Notes under the pieces: generated by a model | Databases searched by the model: none | Told to the model about the DNA's origin: nothing | The model's input: the letters and a program-made list of their open reading frames with translations, nothing else | Translations under genes and position numbers: made by a program | Assembly (NCBI RefSeq): GCF_036365525.1 | Contig: NC_090397.1 | Span: 12,198,289 to 12,262,288 of the forward strand | DNA length: 64,000 bases | Reading direction: 5' to 3' | From: Heterodontus francisci | Lineage: Eukaryota | Shown: piece by piece, positions 11,142 through 24,570 of the stretch | Layout: the number at the start of each line of letters is the position of its first letter | How positions within the stretch are numbered: the stretch's first letter is position 1

Positions 11142-13035
11142 GCAATATAAAATAAAGGGTACAATTCTAAAGGGGGTGCAGGAGCAGAGGGACCTGGGGG
11201 TATAGGTGCACAAATCATTGAAGGTAAAAGGGCAAGTTGAGAAAGCGGTTAATAAAGCATATGGGATCCTGGGCTTTATAAATAGAGGCATAGAGTGCAA
11301 AAACAAGGAGGTTATGATGAACCTTTATAAAACACTGGTTCAGCCTCAATTGGAATATTGTGCCCAATTCTGGGCACCACACTTTAGGAAGGATGTGAAG
11401 ACTTTAGACAGAGTGTAGAAAAGATTCACAAGAGTAGTTCCAGGGATGAGAGAGCTCAGTTATGTGGATAGGTTCCTCATGGCAGACTGGTACAAAAGGT
11501 GAAGTCACACGGGATCAGAGGTGAGCTGGCAAGATGGATACAGAACTGGCTCGGTCATAGAAGACAGAGGGTAGCAGTGGAAGGGTGCTTTTCTGAATGG
11601 AGGGCTGTGACTAGTGGTGTTCCGCAGGGATCAGTGCTGGGACCTTTGCTGTTTGTAGTATATATAAATGATTTGGAGGAAAATGTAGCTGGTCTGATTA
11701 GTAAGTTTGCGGACGACCCAAAGGTTGGTGGAGTTGCGGATAGTGATGAGGATTGTCAGAGGATACAGCAGGATATAGATCGGTTGGAGACTTGGGCGGA
11801 GAAATGGCAGATGGAGTTTAATCCAGACAAATGTGAGGTAATGCATTTTGGAAGGTCTAATGCAGGTGGGACGTATACAGTAAATGGCAGAACCCTTAGG
11901 AGTATTGACAGGCAGAGAGATCTGGGTGTACAGGCCCACAGGTCACTGAAAGTGGCAACGCAGGTGGATAAGGTAGTCAAGAAGTCATACGGCATGCTTG
12001 CCTTCATCGGTCGGGGCATAGAGTATAAAAATTGGCAAGTCATGCTGCAGCTGTACAGAACTTTAGTTAGGCCACACTTAGAATACTGCGTGCAATTCTG
12101 GTCGCCACACTACCAGAAGGACGTGGAGGCTTTGGAGAGGGTACAGAAGAGGTTTACCAGGATGTTTCCTGGTCTGGAGGGCATTAGCTATGAGGAGAGG
12201 TTGGATAAACTCGGATTGTTTTCACTGGAACGACAGAGGTGGAGGGGCGACATGATAGAGGTTTACAAAGTTATGAGCGGCATGGACAGAGTGGATAGTC
12301 AGAAGCTTTTTCCCAGGGTGTAAGAGTCAGTTACTAGGGGACATAGGTTTAAGGTGAGAGGGGCAAAGTTTAGAGGGGATGTGCGAGGCAAGTTCTTTAC
12401 ACAGAGGGTGGTGAGTGCCTGGAACTTGCTGCCGGGGGAGGCGGTGGAAGCAGGTACGATAGCGACGTTTAAGAGGCATCTTGACAAATACATGAATAGG
12501 ATGGGAATAGAGGGTTATGGTCCCCGGAAGTGCAGAAGGTTTTAGTTTAGGCAGGCATCAAGATCGGCGCAGGCTTGGAGGGCCGAATGGCCTGTTCCTG
12601 TGCTGTACTGTTCTTTGTACCTTGTAGGTTAGAGAAGCTGGGACTGTTCTCCCTAGAGAAGGTTGAGAGGAGATTTGATAGAGGTGTTCAAAATCATGAG
12701 GGGTCTGGACAGAGTAGATGTTCCCATTGGCGGAAGGATCGAGAACCAGCGGTCAGAGATTTAATGTGAATGGCAAAAGAACCAAAGGCGACATGAGGAA
12801 AATCTTTATACGCAGCGAGCGGTTAGGATCTAGGATGCATTGCCTGGGAGTGTGGTGGAGGCAGATTCAATCGTGGCTTTCAAAAAGGGATTGGATAAAT
12901 ACTTGAAGAGAAAATATTTGCAGGGCTACAGGCAAAAAGTGGTGGAGTGGGACTAGCTGAGTTACTTGTGCAGAGAGCCGGCAGAGATGTGACAGGTCGA
13001 ATAGCTTCCTTCTGTCCTGTAAATATTCTATGATG
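11142..13035 (+). mobile_element. Older CR1 3' fragment (11142-11474 and 12625-13035) interrupted by a younger CR1
   Basis: YKTLVQPQLEYCAQFWAPHFRKDV, resuming as LEKLGLFSLE after the insert. Confidence 0.8.
11475..12624 (+). mobile_element. Younger CR1, 5'-truncated RT region, nested in a CR1
   Basis: GVPQGSVLGPLLF...KFADD(P)K RT motifs; premature TAA at 12321-12323; TSD taggtt (11469-11474 / 12625-12630). Confidence 0.9.
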
Positions 13036-13669
13036 GACTTAATGATACTGGCTTTTTATTTTCAGATATTTATCTTTATTAGACTGAATTCCAATTCACA
13101 AACTGCTGTGGTGGGACTTGAACTCAAACTCTCTGGATTAATAGTCTGGGTCTTTGGATTTTTTAACTAGTAATCGAACCACTATACTACCGTACCTGAT
13201 CCTAAACTTGTAATATTGGCCCTCTTGTACAGGTAAGAGTGTTCTAATTTAGCTTTCATGGGGTTAGGACCAAACACAAATGCATTCAGAAATAAAGACT
13301 GCAAATCACAGCTTCCGCCCATGACTCAACAGGGTTCAGGCAGTGAACAGCTGAGCCCCTACAGACAAGGAAGGCCTGAGTTCCAGCCCTCATCCAGTTC
13401 GAGTCAGATCTTTGCTGGGGGCAGAGGTCACAGTGCCACAGTTGACCTTCGCACCCTGAGTTAGGGAGCAACAAACTGACCCGCAATTCCTGGTCCCAGT
13501 CCCAATGCAATGACGCCCTGCTCCTAACACATGTCAATGGCTGTCAAGAACCAGACACTTTCCCCCTCCTCCCCTACCCCGCAAAAAAATGGACAGTCTG
13601 TTAGCACTAACTGTCAAGGCTTGCCCATATATAATGGCTCTCTGGGAAAGATGTTAGAGGGTGGCTGCA

Positions 13670-14145
13670 GTCATGCCACAGAAGTTCACCAGACTAATCC
13701 CTGGGATGGCAGGATTGTCTAATGATTAGAGATTGCAAAAAGTGGGCCTGTATTCTCTAGAGTTTCGAAGAATGAGAGGAGATCTCATTGAAACTTAAAA
13801 AAATCTTACAGGCCGTGACAGGGTGGATGTGGATAGGATATTTCCTCTGGCTGGTGAGTCTAGAACCAGAGGACACATCACATTTAAGACTGAGATGAGG
13901 AGGAATTTCTTTACTCAGAGGGTGGTGAATCTTTGGAATCCTCTACCCCAGAAGACTGTGGAAACTCAATCATTGAGCATGTTCAAGATAGAAATCGATA
14001 GATTTCTAATATGAACACCATCAAGGGATATGGGGATAGTGGGAAAAATGTCTTAGAGGTAGATGAACAGCCATGATCTGTTTGAATGGCGGAGAAGGCT
14101 CGATGGGCTGAATGGCCTACTCCTGCTCATATTTACTATGATCCT
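13670..14145 (+). mobile_element. CR1 3' fragment
   Basis: RRNFFTQRVVNLWNPLP motif and gggctgaatggcctactcctgctc tail. Confidence 0.85.
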
Positions 14146-14804
14146 AGTGTTTGGGGAGAAGAGGTAAATTAGGCCAAAAAAAAGTGATTATAACCAGCAA
14201 CAGAACTTGTCATCATAATGGCCTGAGGAATTGGGGAGAGCCCATTTTTGGGACACTTTTGGAGAGGAGCCCTGGATGCTCAGCCTCCAACTTCACTCGA
14301 CTGAAGACAGCGATGTGGAAGGAGCCCAAGGAAGAATAGTGGACAAAGATGGGGCTAATCCACTCCTTCCAATTTAACACGAGTGGTGAAAGATAGTGCT
14401 GTTTCTACAGCTGGATACTAGTTAATTATATATAACATGGATATTTTACATCAATGTTTATTGTAAGAAAGAAACTTTGTATCTTAGTTATTAGTGTTAC
14501 AGATATGTGAATAGGCAGTTAATATCAGCAGAGGTACAGCACATTAGGGTTAAGCTTCAGATTAGGTTAAACGAGTTTGTACTTGCTAAATTTATCAGGG
14601 TTTGAGAGAATCACTGGAACGTAGCCTCCCCAATCTCAAGTACAAAGAGGTGAGTGAGGTACAACTTGCTGTTATCTTGGGAAGTGTCTGACACAAGCTG
14701 CTCAGTGTACATGCATTGTTTGCTCAATCTGTCCCACATTCCACCTACAAAATCTGAGGGAGTGCTGAAATATTAAACACTATTTAAACATTACAAAGCA
14801 TTAC

Positions 14805-14845
14805 CGTTCCTCGTTTTGTGAAGGGCCATTTTGACTTCTTGGATT
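14805..14845 (-). CDS. PLEKHG7: PLEKHG7-like exon (ESKKSKWPFTKRGT)
   Basis: ttctctttcag| ... ACG|GTAATG; 41 nt, phase 1 to 0, frame-compatible with its neighbours. Confidence 0.85.
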
Positions 14846-15029
14846 CTGAAAGAGAAAATTGTGATGGCTTTAGAATTTTGATATTATATCTGGCAGGTCG
14901 CATCTTTCCAAATCACCCAATGCTGAATATTTAGGAAACCAAGCCTCTGAAATATTAAATATTGCCAAGGCAAACAATCCAGATAATCAAATATAGGGAA
15001 GCAAATAACATACAGGCCCATGAGCTTAC

Positions 15030-15163
15030 CTGTGCTGAGAGTGGGTGTTGACACAGTACGATAAAGATGCTCAGCGCCATTAGAAATTAATAAATCCCCA
15101 GGAAATATCTCCAGCTCAGGTAAACAAACAACCAATGAGCTGCGCCGACGGTGAGACAAGAGG
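15030..15163 (-). CDS. PLEKHG7: PLEKHG7-like exon (LLSHRRRSSLVVCLPELEIFPGDLLISNGAEHL...)
   Basis: ttacag| ... CAG|GTAAGC. The RRSSxVxxLPxLExFPGDLL motif is characteristic of PLEKHG7. Confidence 0.88.
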
Positions 15164-15904
15164 CTGTAACATTGAAATAAACAAACACAAAAGAGTAGAT
15201 TTTCCAATGAACATTATTTTAATACTGGTGAATCAAGAGGGTCTTACGTGGGCAAGAGTAATAGGGGGCCTCCCCCTCTGAAAGAAAAGTGGGCTCATTT
15301 CTGCTGATCTGTACAAAGTAATCGTGAAATTACCCCACATGTAGAAAATTCAGGAGCAAAATCCTGCTGCCCTTCTCCTATCCCATACCTAGTGACCTCT
15401 GTGCTCGCTGACCTACATAGGATTCCAGTCCACCAAAGCGTCCAATTTTAAGTTTCATTTTTGTGTTCAAATCCCTTCATGTTTTTTTTCCCCCTCTCTA
15501 AACTCCTCCAGCCCTACCCTCAAACTCTTTGTTCATCTGATTCTGGTCTCTGGCCCCCACTCCCTACGCCCAATATTGGTGGCTAATCCTTTCGCCGTCT
15601 CTGACCCAGGGTCTGGAATTCACTCCCTAAACCTCTTCACCTCTCACTCCTCCTTTAGTGCATTTCTAAAACACATTTCTTCAACTAAGTTTTTATCCAC
15701 CGCTCCCTCTCTCCTTGGTTCACCATCCATTTTAATTTGATAATGCTCCTGCAAAGCTCCTTGGGATTTTTTAGTGTATAGGCACCATATAAAATGCAAG
15801 ATGTTGTTGCTCATTAACACTGATGATTCCGGTTCAACATCTGGACAAATGTGGGGTAGATGTTAAACTTACTGCTGGGGGCAAAACTGGCTTCTTTTGT
15901 TCAT

Positions 15905-16270
15905 AAGCAAAATATTCCGGATGCTGGAAATCTGAAATAGAAACAGAAAATGCTGGAAATACTCAGCAGGTCCGTCAGCACTATGGAGAGAGAAACAGAG
16001 TTACCATTTCAGGTCGATAACCTTTTCATCAGAACTGTTTCTATACTTGTCTCATAATCCTTTTGTCATTGACCATTCCTGCACTCCACTCTATCACAGA
16101 CCCCTCTCACCCTCCACCACTAACCCATATTTCCCTGCCTCTGTACTTGCTTAAAAGCTGCTCATCTCTAACTTTTCCCAGTTCTAATGAAAGGTCATTG
16201 ACTTGAAATGTTTCTCTCTTTACAGTTGCTGTCATACCTGCTGTGTATTTCCAGCATTTGCTGTTTTTCC
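15905..16270. mobile_element. Degenerate inverted pair of Penelope pLTR sequences
   Basis: 15905-16036 is antisense and about 16100-16270 is sense to the Penelope 3' terminus at 61150-61305. Confidence 0.7.
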
Positions 16271-17132
16271 AGTATTGTACAGCTGGTAGTTCATCAACCA
16301 CCTGTTACACAAACTGCCTATTCTCAGCACCATTGATATCACTGGAAATGAAAACCAGGCTATTTCTACCACAGGCGGCCGATGTGCAACACTTGTTTTA
16401 CACTGGGTTGCAAATCTCCCCCAAATGATGCTTTCTGCTAGTCTTGTACTCTTCATCCCTGTCGAAACGGTGCAGCTTTTTTAACTGGGCAGAATCAGGG
16501 TGAAATATGATCGGATGTTTCATACAAACATTGCTTGTGTTTCTGTTGCCTAGTTACTGGACTGGTTTTCCTTCCGGTCAATGATTGTTAGTCATTCACA
16601 AGTGATTAATCACTAGGGTGCCCAAAGTTCAATCAATTTGAGAGATAGAAAGCCCAAGGTGTAATTAAACCTGCTAATCCCTTATTATCCCAAAGTTCTC
16701 ACTAACTACTTGATGAAAATAATCAGCATGAATTATTCCCTCTTAGAACTTTTCAATTTGCATCAAATGTTTGGGATAATTCCACACATTTGATTTTACT
16801 GCTTGCATGTTAGTTTTTCCACACTAAATATGCTTTGAGAATTGTAAATAGTTATACATTATAAAAGGTCAGTAAATTCCCACTTTGCAAACAGTTCAGT
16901 GTTCCAAACTTCATTCCGGGCACAACAATCACAATATTTGTGCTGTCAATTAAAGTAAATTATTGTTTGTTTAAGTACGTGTGTATTTGCTGACACAGTT
17001 CATATAGATCTAATCTGACCAGCTTCACCAGGTGAAGCCTGTCTTGTTGAAAGGGTCCCTCTAACATTCTAACTGAAATGAAATTTGAATCCATTCAGAA
17101 AGCTTCACAATGAGGTGTGGGTTTTCATTGAA

Positions 17133-17361
17133 ATAAAAGCAAAATACTGCGGATGCTGGAAATCTGAAATAAAAACAAGAAATGCTGGAATCACTCAGCA
17201 GGTTTGGCAGCATCTGTGGAAAGAGAAGCAGAGTTAACGTTTCGGGTCAGTGACCCTTCTCTGGTTCCGAAGAAGGGTCACTGACCCGAAACATTAACTC
17301 TGCTTCTCTTTCCACAGATGCTGCCAGACCTGCTGAGTGATTCCAGCATTTCTTGTTTTTA
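17133..17361. mobile_element. Young palindromic non-autonomous Penelope-derived element
   Basis: 92-bp inverted arms (17169-17260 / 17271-17362) with 2 mismatches and a 10-nt loop. 17-bp TSD tgtgggttttcattgaa (17116-17132 / 17362-17378). Homologous to the pLTR at 61150-61305. Confidence 0.88.
17263..17299 (+). ncRNA. Minimal type I hammerhead ribozyme motif (variant core CCGAAGA)
   Basis: GGUU-CCGAAGA-A-GGGUCA c UGACCC-GAAAC-AUU-AACU. Confidence 0.6.
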
Positions 17362-19144
17362 TGTGGGTTTTCATTGAACGGGCATTCGAAAAGGTGGTCT
17401 TCATAACCTAAGGAATCTCTCAAAAGAACTGAGAAATCCTATTCATATTCCTGAGAGCTTCATTATGATATAGTCAAATCATGATCCTCCAGGTGTGGTG
17501 TTGCCACATAGAAAAGGCTACTTTACTTCACAAAGCATAATTAGTAAGAACTACCAAACCATTAATTGTGAACAAATTTCTTCTACTAGTTGTGACGACA
17601 GTGATAGTGGGGGCTCGAGTGGTCTCTGAAATCACGGTGCCTGAAACTTCTGAATGCAACAACGGCATTTGTGTGTACAATCGCACTAATGGGGTAAATC
17701 GGAATCAGTTTCCTATTAAACCAAGATCAAGATGATCATGGATGAGCGAGGCCGTTCGTCGTATCTCAGCTCATCCATCCAGAAAACTGTAACGGCCCCC
17801 AGTCTAGCATCCAATTGGTTCTTAAATGATTCCGAGGCTTTGTCCTGCACAACGCTGGAAGTCAATTTCATGGGTCGATCATGCACTGGGATAGATTCTG
17901 ACTGCGCGAGAGTGGAGAATGGGTGATAGTGAGTCGGCAGCCCGTGTTACATCACCCAATTTTATTCTCGTTGAAGTAAATGAGCTGTTAACTCATCATC
18001 ATCTGTTTTATACCAGTGAACAAATCAAGATCTGTCCCAGTGTGTGAAGAAAACTCCCTGTTATTAGTCTGCAACTTGCAATTTGCAGTTTTAATCTGTA
18101 ACCCACTGGTTCGACACTTAATGTTTAAAGTAACATTCCAGATTTACTATTTCTATTCCCTGAACTATATGGGCCTCTCTATATGATCACCTCTTTTACG
18201 ATTCCTTTACAACAATAACAACAAAAACTTTTATGTCTAAAGCTCCTCTAATATAGGTAAATGTCCCAAGCTACTTCACATGGGCATTAAAGGTGCAGGG
18301 GCAGGAAGAGAAGCCATTGCAGGTGATTCTCCAGCTACGATTAGATAGATAATAGCTGAAGAACCCATGTTCTACCAGACATTCCATGATAACTCAGGCC
18401 TCTGTACTGTCTCCAATGCTTCATTGTCTCTCTTGTGTCTCGATTATGGTGTGGTCTGACCAGTGCCCTATACAGTTTGATCATGACTTCCCCTAACTTC
18501 TAATCTAATTCTATGTAAATCCAAACTCAGAAGGAACTCCCTAGTGTTTGTTTCATTCATGTTTTTCATTCCCTCTGCACCAAAGTGATTATAATCTTTA
18601 GATCTCCCTTAAAGGGATTTAAGATGCCCCTCCCTACCTCTGTAGCCTTTACAACCCTCCGAGATAACTGCACTCCTCCAATTCCAGCCTCCTGAGCACC
18701 CCGATTTTATTCACTCCACCACTGGCGGCCTTGCCATCAGCTGCCCAGGCCTCAGGACTCTGCAATTCCCTCCCTAAAACTCTCTGCCCCTCTACTTTTC
18801 TCTCCTCTAAGGTGCTCCTTAAAACCTACCTATTTTACCAAGCTTTTGATCACCTGTCCTAATTTCTCCTGCTGTGGCTCAGTATTAAATTTTGTTTACC
18901 CTCCACATGAGCAATTTGTCCTAATCATATTTACCCACCCTCTTCCCATATCCCTTGAACCACCTAATCAACCTAATCTTCACTATGAACATTGTTTCTG
19001 CCTCAACCACCAACTCTGCAAGTGGATTCCACAAACTCCTAACCGTGTATAAAGAAGTTTTTCCTGCCCTGTATTCTAAATCCGAAACATATAATCTTGT
19101 ATCTGTGACCCCTTGGGATGAAGTATGGATGCAAGGTTTCATAC

Positions 19145-19173
19145 CTCTCAGGCTTTACATCCTGGGCTATCTG
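19145..19173 (-). CDS. PLEKHG7: PLEKHG7-like 29-nt micro-exon (QIAQDVKPE-S)
   Basis: Strong polypyrimidine tract ttgtttcttctctcttag|CAG and donor GAG|GTATGA. Phase 0 in, phase 2 out, which exactly bridges the 44650 and 15163 exons. Confidence 0.65.
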
Positions 19174-20404
19174 CTAAGAGAGAAGAAACAAAATAAATTG
19201 AGAATTAGGAAACAGCTGGGAAAGTCTTCTAATCATACTTTCTTTTCTACAAAAGAGTGAACTAGGTATACTATGAAAAATTATTAGACATTCAGATACA
19301 ACTCAATTAGTTTGTACGAAATATTTGTGATTTGGAGACAGCAGAGAAGTTGTTGCATTCAGAATCACACATGCAGAGTCATAGAGTTATACAGCACAGA
19401 AACAGGCCCCTCGGCCCATCGTGTCTGTGCCGGCCATCAAGCACCTAACTATTCTAATCCCATTTTCCAGCACTTGGCCCGTAGCCTTGTATGCTATGGA
19501 GAGGTTCAGCGTATCTGACTGCTCGCCATGTCTTATTATGTCTATTAAACCTGTCTGTTTTCAACTGGAGGACAATTCCGACTGAGCATTGCTTGACAAT
19601 ATTATTTTCAATATAGCAGGATGATGTCTTTCCCCCTCTCTGTTTTCAGGTCCTTCTCACTCACCGGACATTAGCCTGAGAGGGTCTTAATCACTGGGTC
19701 CGCACTGGGCATTGTTTTGTTTGTTGCATTCGCCCTCCATCTAATGAGACACCTCACCTCTGGTAAGTACAGGCCAATGGGAAACTCAACGTCACACATT
19801 TGGGTACAAAGCCAATGGGATTAATGTTATTCTCAATTTGATAAATTGCAGGCAGGAACCCACCTCCTGTCATCCAGTAAAAAAAAAGACTTGTATTCGT
19901 ATGGTGCCTTTCATGCTCTCCGGACCTCCTAACGTGCTTTACAGCCAATGAAGTACTTGTGAAGCGCAGTCACTATTCTAATATAGGAAACGCAGCAGCC
20001 AATTTGCTCACAGCAAGCTCCCACAAAAGCAATGAGATAATGACTAGATAACCTTTAGGTGTTGCTTGAGGGATAAATATTGGTGTGCTTAATGTCTGCA
20101 CCCCTTCAGTCCTTATCGTTATGTTTATGTCAGATTTTGGTGTTAATTTTTCCATTATAAATTCCTATGTCTACATTCATAATGGAACTCCCAATGTGAA
20201 CTCATCACCGTGATTGTGTAATCTGGCCACTCTGTTTCCACAATTCTCTCAAAATGCTTTCTGAGTTGTTTCCCCTCAGTAACTAAAAATTTCTGTTGTC
20301 TAAAATAAGGTTTAAACAAAAAAATTTTAATTCCAAAATATTGCATATTTTACCATGACATGTTTAAATGTACCTGTTAAATTGCCTTATGGCCAATGCT
20401 GGGA

Positions 20405-20930
20405 CCACTGCTTTTTTGATATATATAAATGACTTGGATCTTGGAATACAGAGTAGAATCTCAAAATTTGCTGATGACACCAAACTTGGAGGTGCAGCAA
20501 ACAATGACGATGATATGAACTGCGTGCAACAGGACATAGATAGGCTAGCAGAATGAGGAGACAGTTGGCAGATGGAATTTAATACTGACAAGTGTGAGGA
20601 AATGCATTTGGCAAAAGGAATTGGGAGAGGCAACATATACTTAATGGCACAGTTCTAAAGAGTGTGCAGGAACAGAGGGACTGGGGGATGCAAGTGCATC
20701 GATCTTTGAAGGTGGCAGGATATATTCAGAGTGGTTAGTAAAGCATATGGGATCTTGGGCTTCATAAGTAGAGGCAGTGAGTACAAAACCAGGGAAGTTA
20801 TGCTGAACTTTTATAAAGCTCTGGTTAGGCCCCAAATGCAGTAGTGTGTCCAGTTTTGGTCACCACACTTCATGAAGGATGTGAGGGTTCTTGAGAAGGT
20901 GCAGAGGAGATTTACCAGAATGGTTCCAGC
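20405..20930 (+). mobile_element. CR1 RT fragment
   Basis: FLIYINDLDLGIQSRISKFADDTKLGG, with stops and frameshifts. Confidence 0.85.
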
Positions 20931-22244
20931 TCAGGGAGAGGGGAAGAGAGAGCTTGGATGGGTGTGGGAGAATTCTGAGGGCAAGAAACAATGTGCATTT
21001 ATTCATATAATGTTACTTCAGTCTATTATATAGTAAAAATGGTGAATGGTCTGAAGATTTCAAGTGTACTCCACACTAGCTGGTGAGGCTTTAAACATAT
21101 TGTTATGTGACATGTTGAAAACAATAGATGCCACCTTACAATATGCGACAGCCTTCAGCTGCCTTGCTCCACCCGGCATATATTCAGGAATAACAGATAT
21201 TATCAAAAGTTTAACTTACCAATTGTTTTGTGAGCTCTAAATGTTTATCCTTACCAAACCCCGCACAAATGACAATGTTGGTTAAATTCCCAATCTTTGC
21301 TAGAAGTTGAAAGCCTGCCTCAGCAGGCCCCTATTTAAAATGTCCTAAAGTGCCCAGTTTGAGGTCCCAATCTAAAAACGTGGAATGGATCCTGCAAAGT
21401 GGAACCCCAAACAGGTCCACTGAAGAAAATATTTTCAGACTTGGCCCCTCACTGAGCTGGTTTCTCACTGTTTAAGACCAGTGTCAGCTTTGGATTAGTG
21501 ACTAACACTCTCATCTTCAACTCAGAGGTTATAAATTCAATTCCTAGTTCGGAGACCTGAGCACAAAACCACAGAGGACCGTGTCCCATCCCCACAAGCC
21601 CACAGCGAGGTTGCCTCATATTACTGGGCAACTTCTACACACGGCAGAGGCGCCCCCGCCCACCCCCGCTGGCATAATTCCAGCAGTGGCGGGAAGAGAC
21701 CCTTTAGTGGCCATTAATAGGCCTCATAAGGACCTCAACTGTGGGAAGGCCATCTTCGGCTTATTCCATCCCCGACTAAATTCCGATGCGACAGGAAGGT
21801 GACGGGCCCTCCGCCCCTGCCTCCCATTGCAATTCGATTGGCCTCTCTGCCTCCAAGCCTGTCTCTGGAGGGCCCATTAAATTCAGTCCCCTGCCTCTCT
21901 CCTCCCACTCCGTAGAAGCAGTTGGTCCCTGCACCCTGCCTTTAATCTGCGACTATCACTTGTACCTTGGCTGGCCACTAGTGCTAGGGTGATATCTTTA
22001 TATTTTTTATGATAAACCACTTAAATTTTGGTGTAAGGGGATTTTAGAATGTTTGTTATAAGCTGTTTATATATTGTTATATATTTGTATGGGTGAGTTT
22101 TATTTATTTTTGTTAATGACTCTTTAAATATGAGGGATTAATATATTTATATATTTCTGTTATAAACTCTTTCAATCTTACATACCATGCCCTGACAGCT
22201 TGAGCTCCACCTCATGACCTCTCAATCCCCACTATCATCTGGGG

Positions 22245-22755
22245 ACTAGTACTGTGTACAGTTCTAGTCACCACACTATAGGAAGGATGTGATTGCACTG
22301 GAGAGGGTGCAGAGGAGATTCACCAGGATGTTGCCTGGGCTGGAGCATTTCAGCTATGAAGAGAGACTGAAAAGGTTAGGTTTGTTTTCCTTAGAGCAGA
22401 GAAGGCTGAGGGGGGACACGATTATGAGGGGCATTGATAGGTTAGATAGGAAGAAATGTTTTCCCTTAGCGGAGGCGTCAAGAACCAGGGGGCATAGATT
22501 TAGGGTAAGGGGCAGGAGGTTTAGAGTAGATTTAAGGAGAAATTTTTTCAGCCAGAGGGTGGTTGGAATCTGGAACGCACTGTCTGAATGCACTGGTAGA
22601 GGCAGTTGAGCATTTGAAACGCCATAAGCATACAAGGCTACGGGCCAAGTGCAGGAATATGGGATTAGAATAGTTGGGTGCTGTATGACAGGCACAGACA
22701 AGATGGGCCGAATGGCCTGTTTCTGTGCTGTATAACTCTATGACACTATGACTAC
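22245..22755 (+). mobile_element. CR1 3' fragment
   Basis: ALERVQRRFTRMLPGL...FFSQRVVGIWNAL and a (ctatga)-type tail. Confidence 0.88.
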
Positions 22756-24104
22756 CTTTGGTTGTGATTGTAAACTCCTACAATACTTGTTACTCCTGCA
22801 GCCGATAAATATTTCCGATGCCAAAGGTGTCATGCTGTGTAGTATACAACAGCGATACTTTATTATGTGGGTACGTAAAGAGAGAACAGCAGAGAGCCAG
22901 TGTTTCTCTTCATTCTAAAATGATTTCTTTCTAAAAAGAAGTGAATTAAATTTTGAAGGCAAATAAAGCCTCTTTGAGAGGAACTGATATGAAGGGAGGG
23001 TATGAGGGGAATCAGTGGAAGCAAATTGGTTTGAGTGGGAGTGGGGGGGGAATTGGTGGAGGTGAGCGTCAGCAGAACAGGAGGAGCAGACAATAAAAGG
23101 GTGAGTGAGAGTTTCAAGCAGAGTGAGACGATATGGAGAAGTATGAGTGGGGGAGGTGGTGGAACGGAAACCAATGAGGACCACAGTTTCCATGCAATCT
23201 CTGTTCACCTCAAAGTTCAAAGGATAGAAAAAAAGAGGGAGAAGCAAGTAGAATTAAGGAGAGAAAAGCATCATAGGAAAAGAGGAGGTGACGCACAGAG
23301 GAAACAAGCAACATAAAGACATCTGTAAGCGAGAGACCATATTCTCCAATATACTATGTACAACATTACGGGAAATGAACGAGTAATATATTAAAAATGC
23401 TATATTTGCGTGCACTTCATATCAACTTCTTGGATTATAAACTCCTGTCTCCCCATTTATAATGGAAATTGCCTGTGTAAACGCATCACACTGTAATTAC
23501 AGCCTCCTGCCAGTTGAGGCATTATCGCATCACATCTGGTAGGAGGCTGTAATTACAATATGACTGTGAACTGGGAATTTTTATATTAGAAATAAAATAT
23601 AAGAATAAGTACAGAATTTATGGCTATTCTCTTTGGACACCCTGATCCAATTATCCTCATCCCCTCTAAGCTTGCTTCATCTGAAAATGGCAATTAATCC
23701 TGTCTCCCAGTTTGCGAACGTACCAGTATTGTATTAAAAATCATGTGTGTGTAATTTTGTATGGTTGTAATATTCCCTGATTATCACCAATATTGTTAAT
23801 TGGCCCACGGCAAGACTTCTAGTTCTCAAGTTTCAAGAACAGGCCTCCCCTGAGCAAAACTTTGAAGCCTCCTGGTTGTTACCCAACAAAGCAAAGAAGG
23901 GGAAATCAATTACAACCACATCTGACACCGCAAAAGTAAATGATAACATAAAAATATCACTGTTACCCTCAGCAACAGAAAAGAAATGAAGTACCATTCG
24001 TCATGAACTGTACAACACACTGTGTCATCAGTGGTGCAGTTGGAGCTTTCATTTTCAGGGTTGCTGGGCAGAAAGGTAATCTCCTCCAGCCCTACAATAA
24101 AAAA

Positions 24105-24570
24105 AAGGCCCATTCACCCATCACCCCTGTTCTTATTGAGCTACACTGGCTTCCGGTTAAACAACATCTTGATTTTATAATTCTAATCCTTGTTTTCAAA
24201 TCCCTCCATGGCCTTTCCCATCCTTATCTCTGTAATCTCCACCAGACCTACAATCCTCCGGGATATCTGCACTCTTCCAGTTCTGGCCTCTTGCGTATCC
24301 CGATTTTAATTGCTCCACCATTAGAGGCTGTGCCATCAGCTGCCTTGGCCCTAATCTCTGGAGTTCCCTCCCTAAACCTTTCCGCCTCTGTACCTCTCTC
24401 TCCTCCTTTAAGATGTTCCTTGAAACCTACATTTTGACCAAACTTCTTTCATCTGCCCTAATATCTCCTTATGTGGCTCGGTGTCTAATTTTATTTGATA
24501 ACGCTCCTGAGAAGCACCTTGGAACATGCTGCTATGTTAGACGCACTATAGAACTGCAAGTTGTTGTTGT
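24105..24570 (+). mobile_element. L2-type LINE 3' fragment (similar pieces near 15380-15810, 18640-18900, 33930-34180, 46720-47100)
   Basis: HSPITPVLIELHWLPVKQHLDFIILILVFKSLHGL is the L2 ORF2 C-terminal motif. Confidence 0.8.

Noticed and set aside
15999-16036. Active hammerhead on the pre-mRNA strand that could cleave the host intron
   Set aside because: The core CUGAUGA is intact, but the cleavage-site region reads GAAAUGGU instead of GAAACGUU, so it is probably inactive.
23965-24092. Possible additional exon (tgtag|GGCTGG...)
   Set aside because: The acceptor lies in L2-derived sequence, the exon is not needed for frame, and it has no recognisable motif.
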